A DNA stretch of 62,239 nucleotides, filler included, from Sarea resinae (Eukaryota), in assembly GCA_026026165.1 (NCBI GenBank). It is 3 parts of 3 records of this genome, joined end to end, with 100 filler letters (N's around TTAATTAATTAA, not from the genome) between each part and the next. Parts side by side here need not be neighbours in the genome. Positions count along the whole stretch, not along the records: positions 49,911 to 62,239 come from JAPEUD010000136.1; 2 more parts are not named here. The stretch is one strand, 5' to 3'. The notes beneath the pieces are model-generated. The model worked only from the letters and a program-made list of their open reading frames with translations. It ran no database searches and was not told where the DNA came from. This document shows positions 50,059 to 58,846 of the stretch, one piece after another. Positions within the stretch are counted from its first letter, which is position 1; every line of letters starts with the position of its first letter. A program made the position numbers and the translations under genes.

Positions 50059-51372
50059 TCACAAATTGGGAACGGAATTGTCCTCCTCCTTCGGAATCGA
50101 AAGTCGCTGTTCACCGTAAGCTAGGACTTCGCTGAAAGACATTCCCGCTTCTTGAAATTGTGTGTTCATCGTAGACAGATAGTCGGAGAGTCGCTGATTA
50201 GCATAGTCATGGTCTGGCTGCTCCAACGACCAAACAACCTTGGCTAGTAGTCCTGAGAGAAGCTGGCGATAGTGGATTTCCCTGTTGTGTGCAAACCCCA
50301 AACTCTCAATGAGACGTCCGACTCCATGCTCATTGTCATTTCCCACTGATGTTCCAGTTGCATCCAGCCCCGATGACATTCCCAATCGATTCTTGATGGT
50401 ACGAATGTCATACTTGGCGCTTTCGTTGGGAACTTCATTCTTGGTCACTGCAATTTGAGGTCGAGTAGAGCGAGTTGTCTTCTTTACTGGAGTTGTGAAC
50501 AAGTGTGGTCCCATATCGAAAGATAACTGAGGCAAAGTGGCTGTTCCCACAGGGTTCGGACTGCTGAATTCGTCGAAATTGCGCTTGCGCCTAACTGATG
50601 GGGTAACATTGGTTGACACGATAGGCGTTGGTGGGTGTGAAATGCTAAGATCGATGACTTTGTTCTTTTCCAGTGATGGATAACCCTCTGGGTCCATAGG
50701 ATCCAAGTCCAGCGGATCTTGATGTTGGTTTTTCACCTTGTCCTTTAAATCACGTCGTGTGTAAGCCTTACGGCGACCGGTCGAATTGAAGAGTCCTAGG
50801 AGTATGGCCCAACTGGTGAAGACTGGAGGAACTTTCACGAGATCGCGTGTGCGTGGGTCCTTGATCGCGTCGAAAAGCCACTTCAATTCTTGATCCTCTG
50901 TGATTCCCTGCAGTGGTGGAATGAAATGAATCTTCTCTCGATGAATAGCCGATCCATAGTGGATTGGGTAAGTTGGTTGTTTGCAATTAGCGATGTTTCG
51001 CCCTCTCGTCGTCACTGGCGCCGGTCGACGAACGATTCTTCCGTCTGAAGCGATCCATCCGAAGACTGCACGCTTGGGAGTAGGATCATCGGCAACTTCT
51101 CCAATTATGACTCCGTCTGTGATTGCGCGCTTATCGCTTCCACCGTCAACTCCGTAACTCATGTCTGAATCGCCGTAGGGAGGTTCGTCTGGTTCATTCA
51201 TATTTTGTTGTGTTGCTTGCTGCTCGGGTGTCATAGTATTGAGGATTTGGTCGATGATATTCAGGTCTTCCTCAGGGAATTCGTATGGTTGAATGAATGG
51301 ATCTTGATGTTGGCTACCATCGTCCATAATAGTGAAGGAAGAATCGCTAGGATCTGGTGGATCCCTTGCCAT
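50059..51372 (-). CDS. Retrotransposon ORF3 (437 aa, unknown function, env position)
   Basis: Intact sense-strand ORF between pol and the PPT, strong start context GCC-ATG-G; acidic N-terminus, RRKR motif, no signal peptide or TM anchor evident. Confidence 0.8.
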   Translation of the reverse strand: MARDPPDPSDSSFTIMDDGSQHQDPFIQPYEFPEEDLNIIDQILNTMTPEQQATQQNMNEPDEPPYGDSDMSYGVDGGSDKRAITDGVIIGEVADDPTPKRAVFGWIASDGRIVRRPAPVTTRGRNIANCKQPTYPIHYGSAIHREKIHFIPPLQGITEDQELKWLFDAIKDPRTRDLVKVPPVFTSWAILLGLFNSTGRRKAYTRRDLKDKVKNQHQDPLDLDPMDPEGYPSLEKNKVIDLSISHPPTPIVSTNVTPSVRRKRNFDEFSSPNPVGTATLPQLSFDMGPHLFTTPVKKTTRSTRPQIAVTKNEVPNESAKYDIRTIKNRLGMSSGLDATGTSVGNDNEHGVGRLIESLGFAHNREIHYRQLLSGLLAKVVWSLEQPDHDYANQRLSDYLSTMNTQFQEAGMSFSEVLAYGEQRLSIPKEEDNSVPNL

Positions 51373-51660
51373 GGCCTGAGTGCTTTGAACGAGGCGTCAT
51401 GTCGGAAGGATAGGCCGAAAGACGTCCGAAAAGACGTAAAAGGATGCGAAAGTTTGCAAAAGTTGAGTTTGGGTTTGTCTGATTATTTATATTGGTGGGA
51501 TCTGGATCTTTAAGCGAACATCGAGCTGAGAAGCGATAGAGTGAATGATGCCAAGGCGTCCGCATAGAAGCCCGATTCGGACACCCTGACGCCGAATGTG
51601 AAGTGAACGATGGTGAATAAAATGCAAGTGCGAGTATGAATGCTGTTCGAAATTCACTGC

Positions 51661-54600
51661 CTAACTCTCTGGCAATGATGATTCTGGTGTAGTGAGATCA
51701 ATTGCACGATGTCCCCAGTAGTCCCATGAGGATTCGTCTGCTGTATCGCCTGGGAAGTCGACATATTGGTTCCACCACTCTGGATCAGGTAATGGGTCTG
51801 GATCTTGTCGATACTCTGCAAGATCGTGTCCCTGCCCGAGTAAAATATCGTCCTCTAGTTGTTGTTCAGTTTGCCTTTGTCTCACGCGTTGTCTGACTTG
51901 CTGATTTGTATCCGCGACTGTCTGCCAGTCCGGACCAACTGCTCGCCGAGCATCTCTCTGGACGAAGACCTTCAAGTCGTTCATATGGTATCTACCTTTG
52001 ACTTGCCCATTGTGTAAATCTGATATCACAGCTGATTTTTCGTGGTCGCTAATCCGAGTGACTCGATAAGGTCCTTCCCATCGAGGCTCAAGTTTGTGAC
52101 TTCTTTGATTATCCTGTGCCAATCGACGCAACAGGACCAAGTCTCCCGTTTTTGGAGCAATGTAAGCTGACTTCTTACTTTGCTGGATCAATTTCTCTTG
52201 GTCAGAGAGTCGCATATAGAACTTTCGTGATCGAATTTCATCAATTTTGGTCAATCGAGCGGCCAGTTGATCTTCTGGGACCTTCACATTCGGGTCCACT
52301 CCTGCTGACACCATTGCACTCGTTCGAAGTTCGTCTTCGAATAGATTATTCTCACTCCCAGCATAGTCGGGTTGAAATCCCAATAAGAGTTGAGCTGGTG
52401 TCCAATCCTTGAACGTTACTGCTCTGGTATTCGCCGCGTCAACGACTGATTTCACGAATAAATGCCAATTGAAGATATTGGCTGGTTGTGTTTGGAGACA
52501 TTTCCTGAGTCCTGACAGGACGACTTGAACATATCGTTCAGCCAATCCCACTGAACTTGGGTGAGAAATAGGTGCGAGAATGTGACTGATTCCCATGAGT
52601 TGTAATCGTTGCGGGAAGACTCCATCAGTGAAGTGCTTTCCTCGGTCCGAATAGACAGCTCGAGGCCATCCAAAGTGCTCGATGATTCGCTGTTCCACGA
52701 AGTCGAGACTATCTATGGATCTTGCGGTTTGCAACGGTTGGGCAAATAGGTATCGGCTGAAGTAATCAACTGCAATGATGATGTATCTACTTCGGTCGCT
52801 TGATAGAGGAGAAATTGGACCGATATAGTCAATTCCTATCATGTCCATTGGTTGCAATGATGAAATCGGCAGTATGTCGGTTGATGGACGCAACGGTCCT
52901 ACCATCTGGCAATTCACGCAGCTGCGGCAGTATTCACGAATATCATGATACCTTGTAGGCCACCAATATCTTCCTGCTGTCTTTCTCACTGCAATCTTCT
53001 CGGCAAAGTGGCCATGCATGTCATGCATTGCGAATAAGACGTCATTCACCTCGTCTGCAACAATACACCGGCTGATCGATTGATCGCGTTCCTTATAGCC
53101 AAGTTGAGGGGTGTCTCCTTCGATCATAATGAGACTTGCCGCCAGCTTTCGTGCTGCCTTTTTGAATGACGGACTTAATTCCCCTCGAAATTCGATATTC
53201 CCTGTTAATTTATAGTAAAGTGCGTTTCGATAGCCTTCGTCATGTAACCATTTTCCCCAAGTTCGCTCGTCTTCATCGGTAAGTTGTGGATTGACAGTCA
53301 TAAGTATCGATGGATCTCTCGCATCTTGAGTGTCAGCCGGATAGACTTCAGCCATATAGGATGGAAAAGAGAATTCCTCGTGTTCCTGCAATCCTTGGTA
53401 TGAAGGGCTGCCCTCAAGTCTAGACATCACATCGGCTACCACGTTTTCCTTTCCAGGAATGTGAACTGTTTGATAGTCGTACTCTGCGAGACGGAGTTGC
53501 CACCGTGCCATTCGGCCGCGTGTATCGTCAGATTGCAGATTCGTTACTAGTGCATTATGGTCGGTGTAAAGAAGGATCTCGATGCCAGTTCCTTGAACTA
53601 ACCAGCGACATTCCTCTAGACACAGGAGCACTGCCAAACCTTCCCGCTCTGTGGTTTGGTAATTCCGCTGCGCGGGTGCCAATTGATAGGACATAAACAT
53701 GACAATGGCCATGTCGTGTCGGGTCTCCTTGGTCAACCTTGTGCCGTTAGGGTGACTTGGGAGTTGGAACAAAACACCTCCCACGCAATGTTTTGATGCA
53801 TCCGTCGCTAAGTGATATTGAATTTTAGGATTCCCTCCTGACCTAACTGTGGTCAAGATCGACTCGATGACTGCTCGAAATGCCTGTTCATGGACATCTT
53901 GCCACTCGAATCCAATCACCTTTTTGGTTTTCCGCTTCTTACCGTTCACTATTGTCATTGAATGCTCTGTCTGGATTGCTGTTTTAAGGATGATAGCGTA
54001 GTCCGCGCGGCACTTGATGAATTCCTTAAAGAATGGCAGCAAGTACAGGAATCGCTCCAGTGCTTCTGCATCCTGAGGTGAGGGATAATTACGGAACATC
54101 GCCATTCGGTCCAATGATGGACGTAGTCCTTCTTGAGTGCGGGTATGACCAAGGATATCTATCGTGGTCGTGAACAGTCGGGTCTTTTCTGGGTTAAGTG
54201 TCAATTTCGCCCAGGCAAGTCGTGGGAAATAATGCTGATGGAACCACGACTGCAGCGAAGCCACACTCTGCGCTCCTCCCATATCGTCGTCCACAAAGTG
54301 ATCGAATTCACAATCTGATTGACTGTCAGACAATGCTGGTTCGGAGTTCGGACTTGGGATTGGCCCAGTTGCTATGTCCTTCAATCGGGAGTATGTCGCA
54401 GGTCCTCCTGTGAGTCCCTGACCCATCCGCAAATAACAGTATTGACCGTCAAACCCATGAAAAGCGGACTTATATGCGTGTGACGGGTTCATCTTAACGG
54501 CCCAGTATCCGTTTGCGGCATCTGCTTGAAAGAAGACTTTTAGATGCGACTTGCTCAATTTCAATAAGACAGGCTCAATTCGCCGCATAGGGTATGAGGA

Positions 54601-55395
54601 CTTAATTGTTGCCGCGTTTATTGGACAAAAGATGTGAACCATTCGTAACTTTCCCGACTTCTTGCGTGGGAATTTCGTCTTAGCCGCCCATGGTGACTCG
54701 CACTGTGTGATCACTCCAGATTCAAGTAACGCTGGGAATGCGTCTTTCATATATTGGACTTCTTCTGGAGTGTATAACGGAATCTTTGCTGTCTTAGGGA
54801 CCGTGTCTCTGTATGTCGGAATTCGATGGGTAATCAAATCCGTAGCGGGCATGTCACGTATATTCGTGACGAATAAATCGCTCCAGGTAGTGATCAACAA
54901 CTCTGCTTGATTGCGATCTTCTCTGGTACGCAATGCATCTCCCAACAATTGTGGGAACTCCGTCAACAACCCTTCTGCCTCTGTCGATATTGATGTGGCT
55001 AATGGTCTGCGGTATTCGCATGGTCGTCTTATTGTGGGAAATCCTGTCGTTCCATTGCCAAATTCCTCTTCTTCCTCGTGTATGACAGCGTTCGCACCTA
55101 GGGCGGAATCCTTTTTCCGTAGCTTTGGTTCTGTCGCTCGGATTGGATGAATATGGTCAGTCTCTCCGACTCTGACAAGTTCACGACTCTTGTTAGCGGG
55201 ATCAGGAGGCTCCTTGATTCTCTTCTGTCGTTGAATGAGTCGCAATTGCTGACGTTTGGTTCGACGATCCAATGCCAACAATTCCACTCCCGCAACGTCA
55301 ACCACCTCCTGACCGCCACCGGATGCCGCACTTGCTTCCTGGTGGTCCGACTCACTTGTAAAGACCAGGTCCTCTACAAGCGTCGGTCTTTTAAA
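51661..55395 (-). CDS. pol: Pol (reverse transcriptase, RNase H, integrase), reached by -1 frameshift
   Basis: RT QADAANGYW, MGQGLTGGPATY, FVDD; RH TDAS, EREGLA, YTDH, NVVADVMSR; IN HDMHGH..CRSCVNC, IDYIGP, SDRG, GLAER, GPY module. The frame is open back to the slippery site at 55389-55395. Confidence 0.95.
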   Translation of the reverse strand, partial: FKRPTLVEDLVFTSESDHQEASAASGGGQEVVDVAGVELLALDRRTKRQQLRLIQRQKRIKEPPDPANKSRELVRVGETDHIHPIRATEPKLRKKDSALGANAVIHEEEEEFGNGTTGFPTIRRPCEYRRPLATSISTEAEGLLTEFPQLLGDALRTREDRNQAELLITTWSDLFVTNIRDMPATDLITHRIPTYRDTVPKTAKIPLYTPEEVQYMKDAFPALLESGVITQCESPWAAKTKFPRKKSGKLRMVHIFCPINAATIKSSYPMRRIEPVLLKLSKSHLKVFFQADAANGYWAVKMNPSHAYKSAFHGFDGQYCYLRMGQGLTGGPATYSRLKDIATGPIPSPNSEPALSDSQSDCEFDHFVDDDMGGAQSVASLQSWFHQHYFPRLAWAKLTLNPEKTRLFTTTIDILGHTRTQEGLRPSLDRMAMFRNYPSPQDAEALERFLYLLPFFKEFIKCRADYAIILKTAIQTEHSMTIVNGKKRKTKKVIGFEWQDVHEQAFRAVIESILTTVRSGGNPKIQYHLATDASKHCVGGVLFQLPSHPNGTRLTKETRHDMAIVMFMSYQLAPAQRNYQTTEREGLAVLLCLEECRWLVQGTGIEILLYTDHNALVTNLQSDDTRGRMARWQLRLAEYDYQTVHIPGKENVVADVMSRLEGSPSYQGLQEHEEFSFPSYMAEVYPADTQDARDPSILMTVNPQLTDEDERTWGKWLHDEGYRNALYYKLTGNIEFRGELSPSFKKAARKLAASLIMIEGDTPQLGYKERDQSISRCIVADEVNDVLFAMHDMHGHFAEKIAVRKTAGRYWWPTRYHDIREYCRSCVNCQMVGPLRPSTDILPISSLQPMDMIGIDYIGPISPLSSDRSRYIIIAVDYFSRYLFAQPLQTARSIDSLDFVEQRIIEHFGWPRAVYSDRGKHFTDGVFPQRLQLMGISHILAPISHPSSVGLAERYVQVVLSGLRKCLQTQPANIFNWHLFVKSVVDAANTRAVTFKDWTPAQLLLGFQPDYAGSENNLFEDELRTSAMVSAGVDPNVKVPEDQLAARLTKIDEIRSRKFYMRLSDQEKLIQQSKKSAYIAPKTGDLVLLRRLAQDNQRSHKLEPRWEGPYRVTRISDHEKSAVISDLHNGQVKGRYHMNDLKVFVQRDARRAVGPDWQTVADTNQQVRQRVRQRQTEQQLEDDILLGQGHDLAEYRQDPDPLPDPEWWNQYVDFPGDTADESSWDYWGHRAIDLTTPESSLPES
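55347..55395 (-). promoter_or_regulatory. Programmed -1 ribosomal frameshift signal (U UUA AAA plus stem-loop)
   Basis: Heptamer in gag-frame phase at 55395-55389; the -1 frame is continuous with pol; downstream CCGAC-GCTTGTAGAGGAC/GTCTTTACAAGT-GA-GTCGG hairpin. Confidence 0.8.
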
Positions 55396-57551
55396 TTCTC
55401 TCCGTGGGACTCCACAACTTCGTCGTCGTAGTCAACTTGATCTTCTTCGAGTGCTCGCATGTACTCTTCTGCCATGATCTCTTCTTGGGCTGCAAAATCT
55501 GCGAGTGTCTCGTCATCAAGAGGCGAATCTCCAAGTGGAGCGTCCGGTGCGATAACCACCAATGGTGAGTCGTCGCCACGTTCGGTCTTGGTAGGAACGA
55601 GAGTGTGAGGGCGATTGTCTAAATCTCTGATGGTGTACGTTCCTGTCTCGTAATACCCTCTTGCTTTCACTGCCCTCATCCATTGTCTGCCAAGAATGAG
55701 CGTGTAAGTTGCATTACTCGGAACCACAAACGCGTCAATTGTTGTGTCAACGTCCGCAATCCTGATACGGAAAGTCACATAACTGTGGACTCGATCCGTC
55801 TCACCTCGGGCGGTGCGAATCACAAGACTGTGCTCGGGGATCTCTGGGAGTCCCAATTTGTCAACGACGCGTTTAGGGATCAAGTTGACACTTGCTCCTC
55901 CATCGATCATGATCCATTGCAAATTGAACACTTCAGGTCGGTTCGCATGAGGTTTGACGAGACCAGTCGTGTAGAAGATACTAGCTGGTGGCATGCGAGT
56001 ATGTTTGCCCTTCACATCGGTCCAATGAACAAGCCCCTTCTTATCATTAGATTGCTGTGGAGTGGCCTTTGACTTTGGGATATCAACTGCTCCAACGTCG
56101 ACCGTTGATTGCTTCGAATCTAGCCTCAAGCATCTTCCCAACCGAATTCTGGCTGCCGCCGAGTCATTGAAGTATTGCATTGGTGTCAATCGTATTTCAC
56201 CTTCTCGCAACCAAGTTTCAATGCTGAAAGGTGCATCACCACGCATTCCCACGATTCCTCTAGCTGGGCGAGGTGGGTTGGCACCGGCATTCGCTCCACG
56301 AGGCTGAGGTGGACGACGACCTTGCTGTTTCTGGGCCTTCGTCACTCGGTCGTCTGGCTCACGTGACTCATCGCGTCCCCGTTTCTCTGCCGCATCCACG
56401 TCTTCAACTTGGTTGACTTCATGTTCCATGTCGTAGGCATCGACAAAGTTCACATTCTGAATGACCATGTCACGATCTCCCGAGTTCCAGATCTCCTGTT
56501 CCACTTCAACTTGATTGCCTTGTGCAATTCTTGCAGCTCGCGACTCCGCAACGCGATTCATTACAGCTCTGCGCTCCGCATCTGACAGAGATGTAGTTGA
56601 CGTGCAGTTCGTCTGGTAATGACCCTCGCCACCACAGCGATAACATATAATAGTCACACCACTTCCTGCTGTCTGCCTCTGCTGACGAGGAGGATTCGTG
56701 TTCGCATTATGGTTATTGCCTCCGCGAGGTGCTGGAACACCATTCGGATGTCCTGCGTTCTGCCTGGCAGGTTGGCCATTGCCATTACCATTGACGTTCC
56801 CGTTGCCGTTTCCATTCTGAAGCGATAGATTCATCAACCGTTCCATAACATTGGCGAGTCCGAGTTGATTCTTCTGGTTCTCTTCGTCACGCTTCCTCTG
56901 CTGTTCCCTTTCCTGTTCCATCGATTGACGTTGTATTTCCATGTAACGAGCAAACTCTCGGTCTCGTGGACCCATGCGCTGAAGTTGCATTCCAGTTTGA
57001 GGTCCTTTGCTTGACTTGGAGTCCTCTCCAACACTTGATGCAATGCTTTGGGCCAAACCGATGATGTCGTCCAGAGTGGGATTCAGCATCTGGTTCTTCT
57101 GTCCCGCTACTGTGTAACGAAGCATATCGCTCGCAATTCCCTCAATGAATTTCTTAATGAGGAGATTGTCAATTGTGTTACCTGATGCCACGAGTCGCCT
57201 CTGTATATCGCGAGTCCAATATACGTAGTCGTCCATGGCCTGAGTTCCTTGCTTGAGCAAAGTAAGGTCATTGAATGCCTCATCGGCATAGTTAGTCTCA
57301 GTTGTCTCTTTAAACCTACGCTTCAGCGCTTCGGTCATTTCGGTCCAACTTTCACGAGTCGGTTTGGAAAGCGACTTGACAAATTGATAGGCCTCGCCAT
57401 CCGTATTTGTGATCAGTGCAATGAGTCGTGCCTTTTCACGTCTATCAGGTGCGTAACGATCTTGCTGTGCCTCAAACGCCAGTTCGACAGTATCGATAAA
57501 CATTTCAACATCCTCGCCGCGTTCCCCCGAGAAGGTGGGAATTTTGAACAT
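55374..57551 (-). CDS. gag: Gag-protease polyprotein (capsid-like region, CCHC knuckle, aspartic protease)
   Basis: IPTFSGERGEDVEMFI capsid-like start; CYRCGGEGHYQTNC at 56604-56645; protease MIDGGASVNLI..LILGRQW. First ATG at 57551, frame open upstream to 57986. Confidence 0.92.
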   Translation of the reverse strand: MFKIPTFSGERGEDVEMFIDTVELAFEAQQDRYAPDRREKARLIALITNTDGEAYQFVKSLSKPTRESWTEMTEALKRRFKETTETNYADEAFNDLTLLKQGTQAMDDYVYWTRDIQRRLVASGNTIDNLLIKKFIEGIASDMLRYTVAGQKNQMLNPTLDDIIGLAQSIASSVGEDSKSSKGPQTGMQLQRMGPRDREFARYMEIQRQSMEQEREQQRKRDEENQKNQLGLANVMERLMNLSLQNGNGNGNVNGNGNGQPARQNAGHPNGVPAPRGGNNHNANTNPPRQQRQTAGSGVTIICYRCGGEGHYQTNCTSTTSLSDAERRAVMNRVAESRAARIAQGNQVEVEQEIWNSGDRDMVIQNVNFVDAYDMEHEVNQVEDVDAAEKRGRDESREPDDRVTKAQKQQGRRPPQPRGANAGANPPRPARGIVGMRGDAPFSIETWLREGEIRLTPMQYFNDSAAARIRLGRCLRLDSKQSTVDVGAVDIPKSKATPQQSNDKKGLVHWTDVKGKHTRMPPASIFYTTGLVKPHANRPEVFNLQWIMIDGGASVNLIPKRVVDKLGLPEIPEHSLVIRTARGETDRVHSYVTFRIRIADVDTTIDAFVVPSNATYTLILGRQWMRAVKARGYYETGTYTIRDLDNRPHTLVPTKTERGDDSPLVVIAPDAPLGDSPLDDETLADFAAQEEIMAEEYMRALEEDQVDYDDEVVESHGENLKDRRL

Positions 57552-58194
57552 CGTATCTTCTGGATCGAGAGGGATATCCCTCTTTCTTTTCGATGATGAT
57601 TGTGGGTTTGATGTTGCTTGAGTTGACTCTATCGATTGTATGTATGACTCGTAAGTCTGTAACTCTCTCCCCCGGACGGGACTGCTTGAATTCGATGGTC
57701 GTGGGATTTTTGATGGAGAAGTCGACTTTGACGATGACAGATTTCTGATTTCCCGATTAAGGTCTCTCTGTTCCAGAGTATCTCCGTAATCTTCTCCAGA
57801 TTCCGCACTGATACTGTGATTCCGGGATGGTCCTCCCGATGAGTTTGAGTGAGATGCCACAATGATGGATTCCCGACTCAAGTCGGGAATTGATGATCTC
57901 GTAACTTGGATTTCGTGCTGAGATGAACAGTGAATGATGGAGATGACAAGTGAAAGGTGAAGGTAAAAAGTGAGAAATGAAATTCGCTATTCGTGATCTG
58001 ACTTCTGTAAACCGTTACTTTGATGATTTTCGATCCCCACTGCTACTGTTGACTAGTGACTTGATGCAATTGATGGATCCTCACAACACAACTTCAACGC
58101 GTCCGAGCCAAGACGTGACGTCCGCCCGCAGGCCGGATGCACTCTTGCTGGGGCCGTTCTCAGTTCGTGATGAGAGGAATCCCCTCAATGCAAA

Positions 58195-58213
58195 ATTCCG
58201 GGTCGAGGCACCA
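58195..58213 (-). other. Primer-binding site complementary to a tRNA 3' end
   Basis: TGGTGCCTCGACCCGGAAT, 1 nt after the LTR-terminal CA; complement reads ATTCCGGGTCGAGGCA-CCA. tRNA identity not determined. Confidence 0.85.
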
Positions 58214-58214
58214 A

Positions 58215-58417
58215 TGTGAGGTTCGGTCACACACGAAAAAGTGAGCTAACTTGATTGATTGCTGATGCCTGTAATTGCATGAGGTGCTAGCTACAGGAGC
58301 AGAAAGGAAACGATCGTGTCCCACAACAACAAAACCCTGCTTCGCTTATGATGCTGACTAATGACTTGCTAACTTCCTGTCACCTGACTATCAGTTGTCC
58401 CATGTCACTTCCTGACA
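58215..58417 (-). repeat. 5' LTR (203 bp)
   Basis: TG...CA ends with imperfect terminal inverted repeat (TGTCAGG...CCTCACA), bounded by the PBS. Confidence 0.92.
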
Positions 58418-58846
58418 GCGGCATCGAAATGGCATCCCATGATGTGGCTGACGGGCGCCACCCTCTCTCAACGACCGTCTTAGGACGAATCGCCGATGGA
58501 GACGAACAAACAGGGCACAAAAAGCAAGATCGCAACGTCTAATGGCCCACCTCGTGCGTCGCCAACAGGCAACAGGCCAACTGTAGCTGTTCCGAACTTG
58601 CCTTTTGGCCCTTTTAGGAGATCCATGGATGGCTTGTGGGCCCTGCTTGCGACAGTGAACCCTGACCGACGCAGGGTCTTCATTGCGATGCTTCCACCAA
58701 CTACTACTACTACCACTAATACCACCACTACTGCGTAATACTCCTCCTTCTCTTCCTCCCTCTTCCCTCCTTCCCCCATCTATGCAGCAACTGCGTGAAG
58801 GATATTGTTGGTCTCTGGATGGAGACTGCGGCCGATTTGGTACAAG

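Larger units (their letters stand above)
49911..58417 (-). mobile_element. Intact Ty3/gypsy-type LTR retrotransposon with gag-pro, pol and a third ORF
   Basis: Direct LTRs, PBS, PPT, domain order Gag-ZnK-PR / RT-RH-IN, uninterrupted ORFs. The TSD cannot be checked because the left end lies in a gap. Confidence 0.96.

Noticed and set aside
50059..51372. Calling ORF3 a true env gene
   Set aside because: No signal peptide, C-terminal TM helix or Cys-rich ectodomain is evident; position alone is insufficient.
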